In this document: one piece after another, positions 19,911 through 28,852 of the stretch
How positions within the stretch are numbered: position 1 is the stretch's first letter
Layout of the letters: every line of letters starts with the position of its first letter
NCBI GenBank assembly: GCA_029775855.1
Contig: JARVJZ010000001.1
Coordinates: 32,001 to 96,000, forward strand
DNA: 64,000 nt
DNA from: Nitrososphaeria archaeon
GTDB taxonomy: Archaea > Thermoproteota > Nitrososphaeria > Nitrososphaerales > JAAOZN01
Reading direction: 5' to 3'
Notes under the pieces: model-generated
Seen by the model: the letters and a program-made list of their open reading frames with translations, nothing else
The model's database searches: none
Told to the model about the DNA's origin: nothing
Made by a program: the position numbers and the translations under genes

Positions 19911-20903
19911 TCAACCAGTCCTTATACGCGGATCTATAATAGCGTAGATGATGTCAGCTGCAAAGTTAGCTATACTTACTGAAACAGCCGTTATAAGGAA
20001 TATACCAGTCACAAGCATGTAGTCTCTATAGCCTACCGCCTGAATCAGAAGCTGACCAACACCGGGCCAAGAGAAGACTCCTTCAGTTAGAACAACCCCT
20101 CCCACCATAAGACCAATCTGTATCGCTGCAACAGTTACTATAGGGAGTAAAGCGTTTTTAAGAGCATGCTTGTACAGGAGAATCCGTTCAGGCACACCTT
20201 TAGCCCTAGCGCCAATAATATAGTTAGAGCTTAATGCATCCAGAAGTCCAGCCCTTGTAAGCCTTGTGTATAAAGCGAGGAAGAAGACTGAAAGGGTGCA
20301 GGCTGGTAAGATAAGGTGCCAAGATACGTTTAAAATAAACTCTGTAAGATTCTTTTCAACACCAACATCGAAGTATCCACCCGTTGGAAAGATAGGAATC
20401 CAAAGCGAAAATAAAAGAATGAGCATCATGCCGAGCCAGAAGACTGGCGTCGAATACAATGTTAGAGTAACTGCTGTTATAACCGTGTCTTGAACTTTAA
20501 AAGCTCTACGCGCTGAAAGAATGCCCAATAAAATACCAACAACCAAGGCAATTGTTATAGCCGAACCTACAAGCAGCATCGTCTGAGGTAACCGCTCTAA
20601 TATTACATCAAGTACCGGTCTACTAAATGATATTGAGAACCCTAAGTCACCACGAATAATACCGCTAAGATAAATTATTAACTGCTCATAGACTGGGCGA
20701 TCAAGACCATAATCTTCCCTTACACGCTTAACATATTCTGGTGAAGCCGCTTCCCCAGCAAGCAGCTCAGCCGGATCTCCTGGAGCCAATCTAATCAACC
20801 CAAAAGTTAAGATGACAACAACTAACACAACGACAGCAGAGAAGACCGCTCTTCTGACTACAAAGCGCCAAAAGGTCAAACTGACTGTATCGCACCTATA
20901 CAC
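19911..20903 (-). CDS. oppB: Oligopeptide ABC transporter permease
   Basis: APGDPA, GDLGFS, ARAKG, HALKNA, FSWPGVG, IDPRIR. Confidence 0.9.
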   Translation of the reverse strand: MYRCDTVSLTFWRFVVRRAVFSAVVVLVVVILTFGLIRLAPGDPAELLAGEAASPEYVKRVREDYGLDRPVYEQLIIYLSGIIRGDLGFSISFSRPVLDVILERLPQTMLLVGSAITIALVVGILLGILSARRAFKVQDTVITAVTLTLYSTPVFWLGMMLILLFSLWIPIFPTGGYFDVGVEKNLTEFILNVSWHLILPACTLSVFFLALYTRLTRAGLLDALSSNYIIGARAKGVPERILLYKHALKNALLPIVTVAAIQIGLMVGGVVLTEGVFSWPGVGQLLIQAVGYRDYMLVTGIFLITAVSVSIANFAADIIYAIIDPRIRTG

Positions 20904-20983
20904 ATATATTTATAGATTTAAGTTATGAACTTCAATACTATAGAATAAAAAGCTTAAATAGCCTTATTAAGGATGCTATTTTA

Positions 20984-22849
20984 ATGAATAATAAGACATT
21001 TCTCTATACTACTTTAGGAATTCTAGCGGCGCTTCTACTAGCTTCGTCTTCAGTTTCAGCGCAAACCTATACTGTGGGCGGAACTATGGTTGTAGTTTTA
21101 GCATCAGAGCCTACTACAGTCGACCCCTTAACATTATCTTGGAATGCTGGTTTCGTAGGCGCACAGCTCTTTAACTCTCTACTAACTTATGACGAAAACC
21201 TTCAGCTCAAACCTTCGCTAGCAACAAAATGGTCTGTTAATGCTGCTGAGGGAACATACACCTTTGAGTTAAGAACAGATGTCAAGTGGCACGATGGTAA
21301 GCCATTTACACCCGAAGATGTTAAATTCGCATTCGAAAATATAATAAGCAAATATGATGTCTTCGGAGCATCGTACTTCAAGAACACAACCGTCGAGATT
21401 AGAGGCAACACTGTCATCATAAAACCAAAGGACTTTCTGCCTGGTATCCAAATTGGGTTATTTGCCAGCTCAGATACCGTAATCTACCCAAAGCATATAC
21501 TTGAAGGACAAGACTTTCTAAAGAGCGAATTCAGAACAACATCTCCAATAGGCACAGGGCCTTTCAAGATGAAGACTTGGGTCAAAGGTAGCTATATGGA
21601 GCTCGTTAGAAATGAAGACTACTTCAACAAGCCTAAACCATATCTGGAGCGTATAGTTATAAGATTCGTTAAGGAGCCAGCAGCAATTATCGCTGGGCTG
21701 CAAAGGGGAGAGCTCCACTACATATTCAGGGGTGTGCCGTTTGAAGCATACAGCACGCTAAAAGCCTCACCTAACCTTAGAGTGATTCCGCACCCAAGAC
21801 CACCTTACGTTTCAGCGCTATGGATGAACTTAGGCAACAAGTATCTGGCTGACGTGAATGTGCGTCAAGCTATGGCTTACGCCATTAATCGTACAGACAT
21901 TGCTCTTAAAGCCACACAAGGCATATCCCCACCAGTACAATATATGGTTGACCCAACGATAGTGCCGCCTAGCCCAACTTTAACAATCTACAACTATGAT
22001 AAGGCAAAGGCAAACCAGATCTTAGATTCAGCGGGATACTCTAAAGGCGCTGACGGTATGAGATTCAAGCTGGAGCTAATGACTAGGACAGGCGAGCCTG
22101 ATGAGCAGCTCTGGGCTACGTTGGTCAAAGATTACCTTGCTGACATAGGTATAGATGTCTCAATAAAGACTGTAGACTTTGCCACCTTCCTCTCTCTTCA
22201 GACAAAGCTCCAATATGATATGTGTACTATCAAGTATTGGATATCACCTATCTGGCTCTACCAGCTCTTCAGCACTGAATGGATAGGCAAAGGCTCTTTC
22301 ACAAACAACTTCCAGTACAGCAACAAAGAAGTTGATGCGCTCTTCGCTAGATGGTTAAAGGAAACCGACCCGCAAGCTCAGGTAAAGATACTTCAGCAGA
22401 TCGAAGACTACATAAGCAGAGATCTGCCTGAACTTGTTCTATATGAAGTTAGGTGGCTTAACGTCATAAACAACGACTTCCAAGGCGAAGGGATGCCTGT
22501 GGGAAAGTGGGTCTTTGCTGACAGCCTCGAAAACATATATTCTGTCTCGGCGCAAAAGACACCCATAACAACCACACCCCAGACAACAACTATGCCAGCA
22601 GCTACCACAACCGTAACATCAACAGTAACCATCACCCAAGCCGCGCCTACTCAAACCGTCACTGTAACGCAGACTGCTGCGACTGCGACCACCACAGTAA
22701 CTACAACTAGAGCTGTTACTAGCACAATCACCACAACTGAAGTTCAGACAGATATTACATCAACTGGTATAGCAGCTGTAGTAGGAATAATAATCGGCGC
22801 CGCAGTAGCAACAGCAGTGGCTAGACGTGGTAGGAAGAGTGCTGCTTAA
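20984..22849 (+). CDS. oppA: Oligopeptide ABC transporter substrate-binding protein (family 5) with Thr-rich linker and C-terminal membrane anchor
   Basis: Signal peptide, LATKW, VKWHDGKPFTPEDVKF, PIGTGPF; Thr-rich tail, TM helix and basic C-terminus RRGRK. Confidence 0.9.
   Translation: MNNKTFLYTTLGILAALLLASSSVSAQTYTVGGTMVVVLASEPTTVDPLTLSWNAGFVGAQLFNSLLTYDENLQLKPSLATKWSVNAAEGTYTFELRTDVKWHDGKPFTPEDVKFAFENIISKYDVFGASYFKNTTVEIRGNTVIIKPKDFLPGIQIGLFASSDTVIYPKHILEGQDFLKSEFRTTSPIGTGPFKMKTWVKGSYMELVRNEDYFNKPKPYLERIVIRFVKEPAAIIAGLQRGELHYIFRGVPFEAYSTLKASPNLRVIPHPRPPYVSALWMNLGNKYLADVNVRQAMAYAINRTDIALKATQGISPPVQYMVDPTIVPPSPTLTIYNYDKAKANQILDSAGYSKGADGMRFKLELMTRTGEPDEQLWATLVKDYLADIGIDVSIKTVDFATFLSLQTKLQYDMCTIKYWISPIWLYQLFSTEWIGKGSFTNNFQYSNKEVDALFARWLKETDPQAQVKILQQIEDYISRDLPELVLYEVRWLNVINNDFQGEGMPVGKWVFADSLENIYSVSAQKTPITTTPQTTTMPAATTTVTSTVTITQAAPTQTVTVTQTAATATTTVTTTRAVTSTITTTEVQTDITSTGIAAVVGIIIGAAVATAVARRGRKSAA
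22561..22745 (+). repeat. Low-complexity Thr-rich (ACN-codon) linker in OppA
   Basis: TPITTTPQTTT...TATTTVTTTRAVTSTITTT; typical of archaeal surface-protein linkers. Confidence 0.7.
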
Positions 22850-22861
22850 GATCACTCTTCT

Positions 22862-23494
22862 TCACAAATTTTTTTCCCATCTTTCTCTATGCGTCACTTC
22901 AGTGTATGGTCTACGTTGAGCTGGCTTGAATCTACCCTTGGGGTAGCCTATGTTGATTATTGCAAGAGGCTCTATATAGTTTGGTATGTTAAGCAGATGC
23001 CTAAACTCGTCTTCGAAATATAGGTGGTACATCGTTATCCAGCATCCTAGTTCTAAAGCCCTTGCTGCCAACAACATGTTTTGCATAGCTGGGAAGACTG
23101 ACGCATAAGCTACTATTTCCTCCATCTTTCTGCTTGCTTCTTCAAAACCCTTAGGTCTGCTGACAAGTTTCTTCTCTCTGTTTAAGCAGAGTATAATCAT
23201 TACTGGGATATTGTGCATGCGTTGAAGACAGTCTTCTAAATATTGTCTCCTTTTAGGTTCAAGTTTAACTATTCTTGCTTCAAGGTATATGGAGGCGCCT
23301 CGTCTGTTTATTTCTGCAATGCGTTTTTTAACTTCAGGATCTTTGACCACAATGAATTCCCAAGGTTGTGTGTTGGCGCCTGAAGGTGCTTTTACTGCTG
23401 CTGAGAGTATTCTTTCTATCTTCCACTCTTCTACTGGTGTATCCTTTATTCTTCTTATGCTGATAAGCGTATCTATTGCTTCGAATACATCCAA
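22862..23494 (-). CDS. Nitroreductase-family protein
   Basis: SIRR, APSGANTQPWEF, QNMLLAARALELG, IGYP. Confidence 0.9.
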   Translation of the reverse strand: MDVFEAIDTLISIRRIKDTPVEEWKIERILSAAVKAPSGANTQPWEFIVVKDPEVKKRIAEINRRGASIYLEARIVKLEPKRRQYLEDCLQRMHNIPVMIILCLNREKKLVSRPKGFEEASRKMEEIVAYASVFPAMQNMLLAARALELGCWITMYHLYFEDEFRHLLNIPNYIEPLAIINIGYPKGRFKPAQRRPYTEVTHRERWEKNL

Positions 23495-23500
23495 GTTCTG

Positions 23501-25282
23501 CTACCCTATGCTCTGAATAGTAGAGTCAACTACTCTCTTTGCTTCTCGGAATGCCCAGCGTACTTTGTTAGCTCCTCTTGTTAATTGGTTTATGAGGAAT
23601 CTAAACTCATTGGTTTGGTTTTTGTAGCTGGGAAGTTGTGTGGCTGGGTAGATGTCTGGGTACGCTGGTATTGGGACTGCTGGGTCGTGATCAAAGCGTT
23701 CTTTATCTGTGTAATTTACGGGTATGAGTATCCTTGCAATCTTCATCAAAGTCTGATTGATAATTTCTTGCTCACGTTTGCCCTTAACCGACTGAGTTTT
23801 CTTGTATAGGTTTTCTAGGCTTGCTTTCAGATTTAGAGCATCATCTATCAGAGGCTTAAAGTCGAAGAGGTTTTCAGATGCTTCCTGATATTTCTTAAAT
23901 ATCTCAAGAGATGAGTTGACGAAGGCTCGGAAGTCGAATGGGTAAATGTCTGCGTTTATTACTCTTAGAACTGAAATGAGATAGAGCTTTGCATCCCTTA
24001 GCAGATTCTCTTTATCAGCAATACGCATGTCATCTTCTTCTGTATGCCACCAGACATTCCCACCACAGCCGCCTACAGCATACAACCCCTTCTCCTTTCT
24101 AACCGCCTCAGGTATAGTTGATGAAAGCATTAGGAAGGATGTTATCCCAATATGGTTAAAGGAGTAGTCGCCAGCACGCACAGGCCTAGTACAATAAGCC
24201 TCAAGACCAGTCACATCCTTAACAACTTTTCTCATGAAGTCTTCAACTTCACTCATGCACATAAGATCTTCATACGAAGTCGCACCTACACAGCCCGGTG
24301 AATCGCAGTTTACTTGAGCAATACAGTGTTCATCAAGTTCTAATGCAAAATGGTCTGCAAACCACGTTGAACCAGCATATCTGCCAGTAGAATGTCCGGG
24401 CCACCAAGCTACTTTAACGCTCCTCTTCAAAGCGTTTCTGTTGTTATGTAACACTCTAGCCAGTTCAAGGAGCACAGCGTTGCCTGTTGCGTTATCTCCT
24501 ATTCCCACGTGCCAGGAGTCTAGGTGCCCATGTAGTAGAAGAAACTCGGTAGGATTCTCTGGGCTCTTAACATCTGCCACTGGGATTAAACATTTCTTCC
24601 AACCTTCCTCTAAAACGGTCTTTATTCTCACTTTAACTCGGCTTCGGTTTAGAAGGTTCTTAAGGTATTCTCCATCCTCTTTGCATATATTTACACCAGG
24701 TACACTAGGCTTATCTTTTATGTTTTCTAACGTTGGTGTTCCCCATATAGTGGTCATAATTCCTTCATGTGTGCGTGGGCCTGGGTTTATGGTTATGATT
24801 CCTATGCAGCCAGCCTTCATTAGCGCAGCTGCCTTCTTCGGCATTATCGATAAGCCTTCGGTCAAAACTATCTTACCTGAAATGTCTGACTCTATTTTTC
24901 CAACTCCGGCATCAAACATATCTACAGCGCTCTTTGGCATAACACTCGGCACATACACCAATTCAGCGGTTATGTCTGCAGAAGGTGACATAGAAGGAAC
25001 TTTGGGGTTCATCACCCTATTATCATGCCTTAAGACCTTCTTCTCAGGCTCTAACACCTCTACAGTAGCAGATTTGGGTATGCTGAGGTATAAATCAGGT
25101 TCATAAACGTTGTATGGTATTCCGTATTCCTTTAACTTCTCAATTATATATTCCATAGCTGTTCTTTCATCTTGGCTTCCTGACTCTCTTACGAGCGTAG
25201 AGAATCTTGTGATAAGAGCCCACATGTTGTCGAGGCTAATTTCTCTCATCAGCTTATCTTCCAAGTAAGAAATATTTGCCAT
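23501..25282 (-). CDS. M28-family metallopeptidase with PA domain, paralog of 12884..14638
   Basis: RESGS.DE, GHLDSW, GIGDNATG, NCDS, WWHTEED, shared FDHD motif. Confidence 0.8.
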   Translation of the reverse strand: MANISYLEDKLMREISLDNMWALITRFSTLVRESGSQDERTAMEYIIEKLKEYGIPYNVYEPDLYLSIPKSATVEVLEPEKKVLRHDNRVMNPKVPSMSPSADITAELVYVPSVMPKSAVDMFDAGVGKIESDISGKIVLTEGLSIMPKKAAALMKAGCIGIITINPGPRTHEGIMTTIWGTPTLENIKDKPSVPGVNICKEDGEYLKNLLNRSRVKVRIKTVLEEGWKKCLIPVADVKSPENPTEFLLLHGHLDSWHVGIGDNATGNAVLLELARVLHNNRNALKRSVKVAWWPGHSTGRYAGSTWFADHFALELDEHCIAQVNCDSPGCVGATSYEDLMCMSEVEDFMRKVVKDVTGLEAYCTRPVRAGDYSFNHIGITSFLMLSSTIPEAVRKEKGLYAVGGCGGNVWWHTEEDDMRIADKENLLRDAKLYLISVLRVINADIYPFDFRAFVNSSLEIFKKYQEASENLFDFKPLIDDALNLKASLENLYKKTQSVKGKREQEIINQTLMKIARILIPVNYTDKERFDHDPAVPIPAYPDIYPATQLPSYKNQTNEFRFLINQLTRGANKVRWAFREAKRVVDSTIQSIG

Positions 25283-25327
25283 CTCTTACCCCTTTCGTCC
25301 TATCAATCTTTGTAATATAAGAGTTAT

Positions 25328-26044
25328 CTATAGTTCAACAGGGTGTGGAAGGCTGTATGCCTTTTTGCTGTGTGTTAACTGCATAGCGACCAAGGCTTCA
25401 GCCATCTTAACCGATACAGCCACGGGGTTAACTACAGGTACTCGTAGTTCCTTTTCGAGTTCTTTATCAAGTCTTAAGAAGGCTTCTGACATGCAACCTA
25501 AGATCAGAGCATCCGCATCGTCCTCTTCAACAGCTTCTCTGCCTATCTCAAGCAGCCTTTTCTTTGTTCGCTCAATATCTGAGGACAGTTCAAGGACACG
25601 CAATCCAACCTCCTTCATAGACGCGATCTTCTTAGAAACACCTAAACCATCGGCTATCTTCTCTAATGTTGGAAAGACATTTTTAAGCACAGTGAGTATA
25701 GAGAATTTGTGCCCTAAAGTCGCCGCGAAGAGTAGGCTTGTCTCACCCGGTCCTATAATTGGTATGGATGCAATTTCTCTTGCAGCTTCTATCCCAGGGT
25801 CTCCGAAGCAGCCAATTATAGCTGCATCATAGCCTTCACGTTCAGCCTTTGCAATAAGCCTAAGGGTGTTGGGGATAGATATGTATTCGTCGTAGAAGCA
25901 TTCTATCGATTCTGGTCCTTGCTCTACCGCTTCGACTACAACTATGTTTGGTGGTGTAGCGAAGCTGTTTAGTATGTTCATTCGTCTTGAGAGTTCTTGC
26001 TTATCTAACCCTATCCCTGGTACAGCATATAGAATCTTAGTCAT
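25328..26044 (-). CDS. Asp/Glu/hydantoin racemase-family protein
   Basis: GPESIE; two catalytic Cys motifs IGCFGDPG and LGCMS; PVVNP. Confidence 0.88.
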   Translation of the reverse strand: MTKILYAVPGIGLDKQELSRRMNILNSFATPPNIVVVEAVEQGPESIECFYDEYISIPNTLRLIAKAEREGYDAAIIGCFGDPGIEAAREIASIPIIGPGETSLLFAATLGHKFSILTVLKNVFPTLEKIADGLGVSKKIASMKEVGLRVLELSSDIERTKKRLLEIGREAVEEDDADALILGCMSEAFLRLDKELEKELRVPVVNPVAVSVKMAEALVAMQLTHSKKAYSLPHPVEL

Positions 26045-26175
26045 ATGTGTTGGTTGTCCTTCGCCTCTAATTAAGTCTTTGAAAAAGTGTTTTCAAAAGT
26101 TTACATATTGTTTTGTATATGTGCCGATTAGGATGTTTGAGCTCTTTCTGCTGGGAATGTTGAGGTGGCTCTTGG

Positions 26176-26634
26176 TTGTCTTCAGATGTTAGTGTTGTTG
26201 TTAGGCCGGCATCTTTAGATGATATTGATGTTTTACTGAGGATTGAGCGGGAGTGTTTTGAGCATCCTTATGATAGGTCTATCTTTGAGTCTATACTCTG
26301 TGCTAGTAGTTGCCAAGTTTTGCTTGCTGAGCTCTTCGGCTCAGCTGTAGGCTACATAGCCTTTAATAAGCAGGGAAGAGTTGGTACAATTCTTTCAGTC
26401 GCTGTATTAGAGCGTTTCAGGCGTAGAGGGGTTGGTAGATACCTTATGCGCCAAGCAATAAGCAGATTAAGGGAAGCTGGTGTGCGTCGAATAGTTCTTC
26501 AGGTTTCTGTTAAGAATGTTGCTGCTCGAAGGTTATATGAGTCTATGGGGTTTAGAGCGGAGATGCTTCTTAGAGGATACTATAGGGGTGAGGAGGATGC
26601 AATTCTTTATAGCCTACACCTCCCCATACACTGA
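26176..26634 (+). CDS. rimI: GNAT N-acetyltransferase (RimI/Ard1-like)
   Basis: SVAV..RFRRRGVG, LQVSVKN..ARRLY, GYY..EDA. Confidence 0.8.
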   Translation: MSSDVSVVVRPASLDDIDVLLRIERECFEHPYDRSIFESILCASSCQVLLAELFGSAVGYIAFNKQGRVGTILSVAVLERFRRRGVGRYLMRQAISRLREAGVRRIVLQVSVKNVAARRLYESMGFRAEMLLRGYYRGEEDAILYSLHLPIH

Positions 26635-26668
26635 CTGAAATATAATCTAATGGTAAGGTGTAAGCGAG

Positions 26669-27589
26669 TTGACGCGGATCTTCGAGTGTATACACCTCAC
26701 TAAGATCTATAAAGGAAGTGAAAAGAAAGCGTTAAACGGTGTATCATTCAGAATGCCATCAGAAGGCATACTAACTTTACTTGGTAGGAACGGTGCAGGT
26801 AAAACTACTCTCTTAAGGATAGCAACTACACAACTCTTACCTACTGAAGGAAGTGTGAGCGTCTTGGGGTTAGATGTAGTTAAAGAAGCTAAGAAGGTTC
26901 GTGAGCGCATCAGCGTTTTGCCTCAAGAAGGCAGACCATTCCCACCTCTAACACCTTGGGACCATGTTTACTACTTTCTATTAGCGCGTGGGCTTGATAG
27001 GACTGAAGCTAGAACTAGAGCTAAGACAGTTCTTAGCGAGCTTGAATTAGACGAGTATGCCTCAACACCAGCTGATAGGCTTTCTGGAGGTTTAAGGCAG
27101 AGGATTCTTCTAGCTATGGCTCTCTCAACATACGCTGAGTTGATATTCTTAGATGAGCCGACTCTAGGTTTAGATGCTGTAAATCAAAGGAAGATATGGT
27201 CTATAGTTAGAGATTACTGTAAGAAGTATGGCTCTATTGTGCTTACGACTCACTCTCTTAATGAAGCTGAAACACTTTCAGACTATATAGTTATTATAAA
27301 TAGGGGGCGTGTTGTAGCTCAAGGGTCTGTTGAAGAGTTAAAGGCGATGATGCCCTACCGTTTTAGAATTGATGTATCAAGCGGTTTCTCTAAAGAGGTT
27401 CTCTCCTCTTACGGTAAGGTTGTGGAAGTCGCTGGAAGAATGAGGGTGCTATTAGATGAAACTGGTGCTAAAGACCTTGCCTTAGAAGCTGTTAAGAAGC
27501 GCGTCTCAGTCTCCGTCTCTCCTACTACACTTGAAGATGTCTTCATAGATCTCGTTCAAGAAGAAGGTGTTCAAGATGAATCTACTTAA
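26669..27589 (+). CDS. ABC-2-type exporter ATPase
   Basis: GRNGAGKTT, LSGGLRQR, LDEPTLGLD, TTH, TLEDVF. Confidence 0.9.
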   Translation: MTRIFECIHLTKIYKGSEKKALNGVSFRMPSEGILTLLGRNGAGKTTLLRIATTQLLPTEGSVSVLGLDVVKEAKKVRERISVLPQEGRPFPPLTPWDHVYYFLLARGLDRTEARTRAKTVLSELELDEYASTPADRLSGGLRQRILLAMALSTYAELIFLDEPTLGLDAVNQRKIWSIVRDYCKKYGSIVLTTHSLNEAETLSDYIVIINRGRVVAQGSVEELKAMMPYRFRIDVSSGFSKEVLSSYGKVVEVAGRMRVLLDETGAKDLALEAVKKRVSVSVSPTTLEDVFIDLVQEEGVQDEST

Positions 27590-28313
27590 GACACTTAGGT
27601 CAATCTTCATACTCGCATATATGTTCAGCATACTGTGGATAGTAAGGAATCTGCTAAGTCTCATATACCTATTCTTCGCACCTTTCACAGTCCTCTTTCT
27701 ACTCTACGCCCTAGCCGGTTCTGAAGTACTCCCTTACGCTCTAGTAGGAGCATATATAATGACACTTGTGCAAGCCGGCGCAGCAATAATAGGAGACGCC
27801 GCTTGGCATAAGCTAGAGCTAAAATTTCAAGATATGATGGTTGCATCTCCTGTGTCTGAAACCGCATATCTGCTTGCTGAGGCTCTATCTGAACTTCTCT
27901 ACTCAGCACCAGCGTTAATCATACTCTTGCTCCTTATTCTGCAGTTTAAGTTAAGCGTATTTACCCTATTCACGCTCTTGGCTGTTGCGCTGCTGGTTTG
28001 GCTTTCTACATCGTCTTTGGGTTTCTTTATATCAACCTACATACCTAATATAAGAAACGGCTGGCAGATTTCTTTACTACTAGGGCTCTTCTTAGCTGTG
28101 CTCCCACCAGTCTTCTACCCTATTGAACGCGTTCCAGAGTATCTATTATGGGCAGCATACCTACCACCTACCACACACGCAGCCCTCCTATTAAGAGACT
28201 CAATCGGCTTAACATCACCACTACCTTTAAGCTACAGCTGGCTCATACTGATAGCATACACACTAACCTTCATGGCGTTAGCCACATATAGGGCTCAGTG
28301 GCGTGAAAAGTAG
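27567..28313 (+). CDS. ABC-2-type exporter permease
   Basis: About 6 TM segments, PPVFYP..VP motif; coupled to the ATPase. Confidence 0.85.
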   Translation: MFKMNLLKTLRSIFILAYMFSILWIVRNLLSLIYLFFAPFTVLFLLYALAGSEVLPYALVGAYIMTLVQAGAAIIGDAAWHKLELKFQDMMVASPVSETAYLLAEALSELLYSAPALIILLLLILQFKLSVFTLFTLLAVALLVWLSTSSLGFFISTYIPNIRNGWQISLLLGLFLAVLPPVFYPIERVPEYLLWAAYLPPTTHAALLLRDSIGLTSPLPLSYSWLILIAYTLTFMALATYRAQWREK

Positions 28314-28315
28314 AT

Positions 28316-28849
28316 TTAGGCTTCTAGCGCTTTAACCAGAGCCTCCAAACCATCGCGCCATCTCTCGAAGCTAAGGTTTTCGAGAGAGAATTCTGCGTTC
28401 GGATGATAATATCGCTCTATGGTTAATGTTCTAATGTTTGGTGCAAAGTGCTTTAAGGTTGCAAGCATCATGCTCTGAAAGGGGTATAGGCTGCCAACAA
28501 ATAGTATAAAGTCGTATCCGCCCTTACCATCAAACCCCATCCAGTTTCCATCTTTTAGCCTATCAACCAAGCTTTCTACGTTAACAGCATACTTTGCATC
28601 TTCAAAGCGATGGAATGCTTTAAAGACACCGGCAGATATGGCTAATGTGGCGTTAGTCTTCTTAACTATCCTTTCTAAAATATGAAGTGTACCAGCTTTC
28701 GTATACTCTTCGTCTAAAATATTACCGCCAACAACTATTAGAAGCCTCTTAGCTCTTCGAATCATCCTACCACAGTTTTCAGGGGTTATGGTGTATGCTA
28801 ACTTAGGCCCTCTAACCTCAGCTTCATCCCAAGGTACAGCTTTGGACAA
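28316..28849 (-). CDS. cdhB: CO dehydrogenase epsilon subunit
   Basis: GPK.A, IRRAKRLLIVVG, WMGFDGKGGYD, LKHFAP, YHPNA. Confidence 0.9.
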   Translation of the reverse strand: MSKAVPWDEAEVRGPKLAYTITPENCGRMIRRAKRLLIVVGGNILDEEYTKAGTLHILERIVKKTNATLAISAGVFKAFHRFEDAKYAVNVESLVDRLKDGNWMGFDGKGGYDFILFVGSLYPFQSMMLATLKHFAPNIRTLTIERYYHPNAEFSLENLSFERWRDGLEALVKALEA

Positions 28850-28852
28850 CCT

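Noticed and set aside
22561-22745. Possible tandem repeat or CRISPR-like array
   Set aside because: It is ACN-codon low complexity encoding the OppA Thr-rich linker, with no fixed repeat-spacer period.
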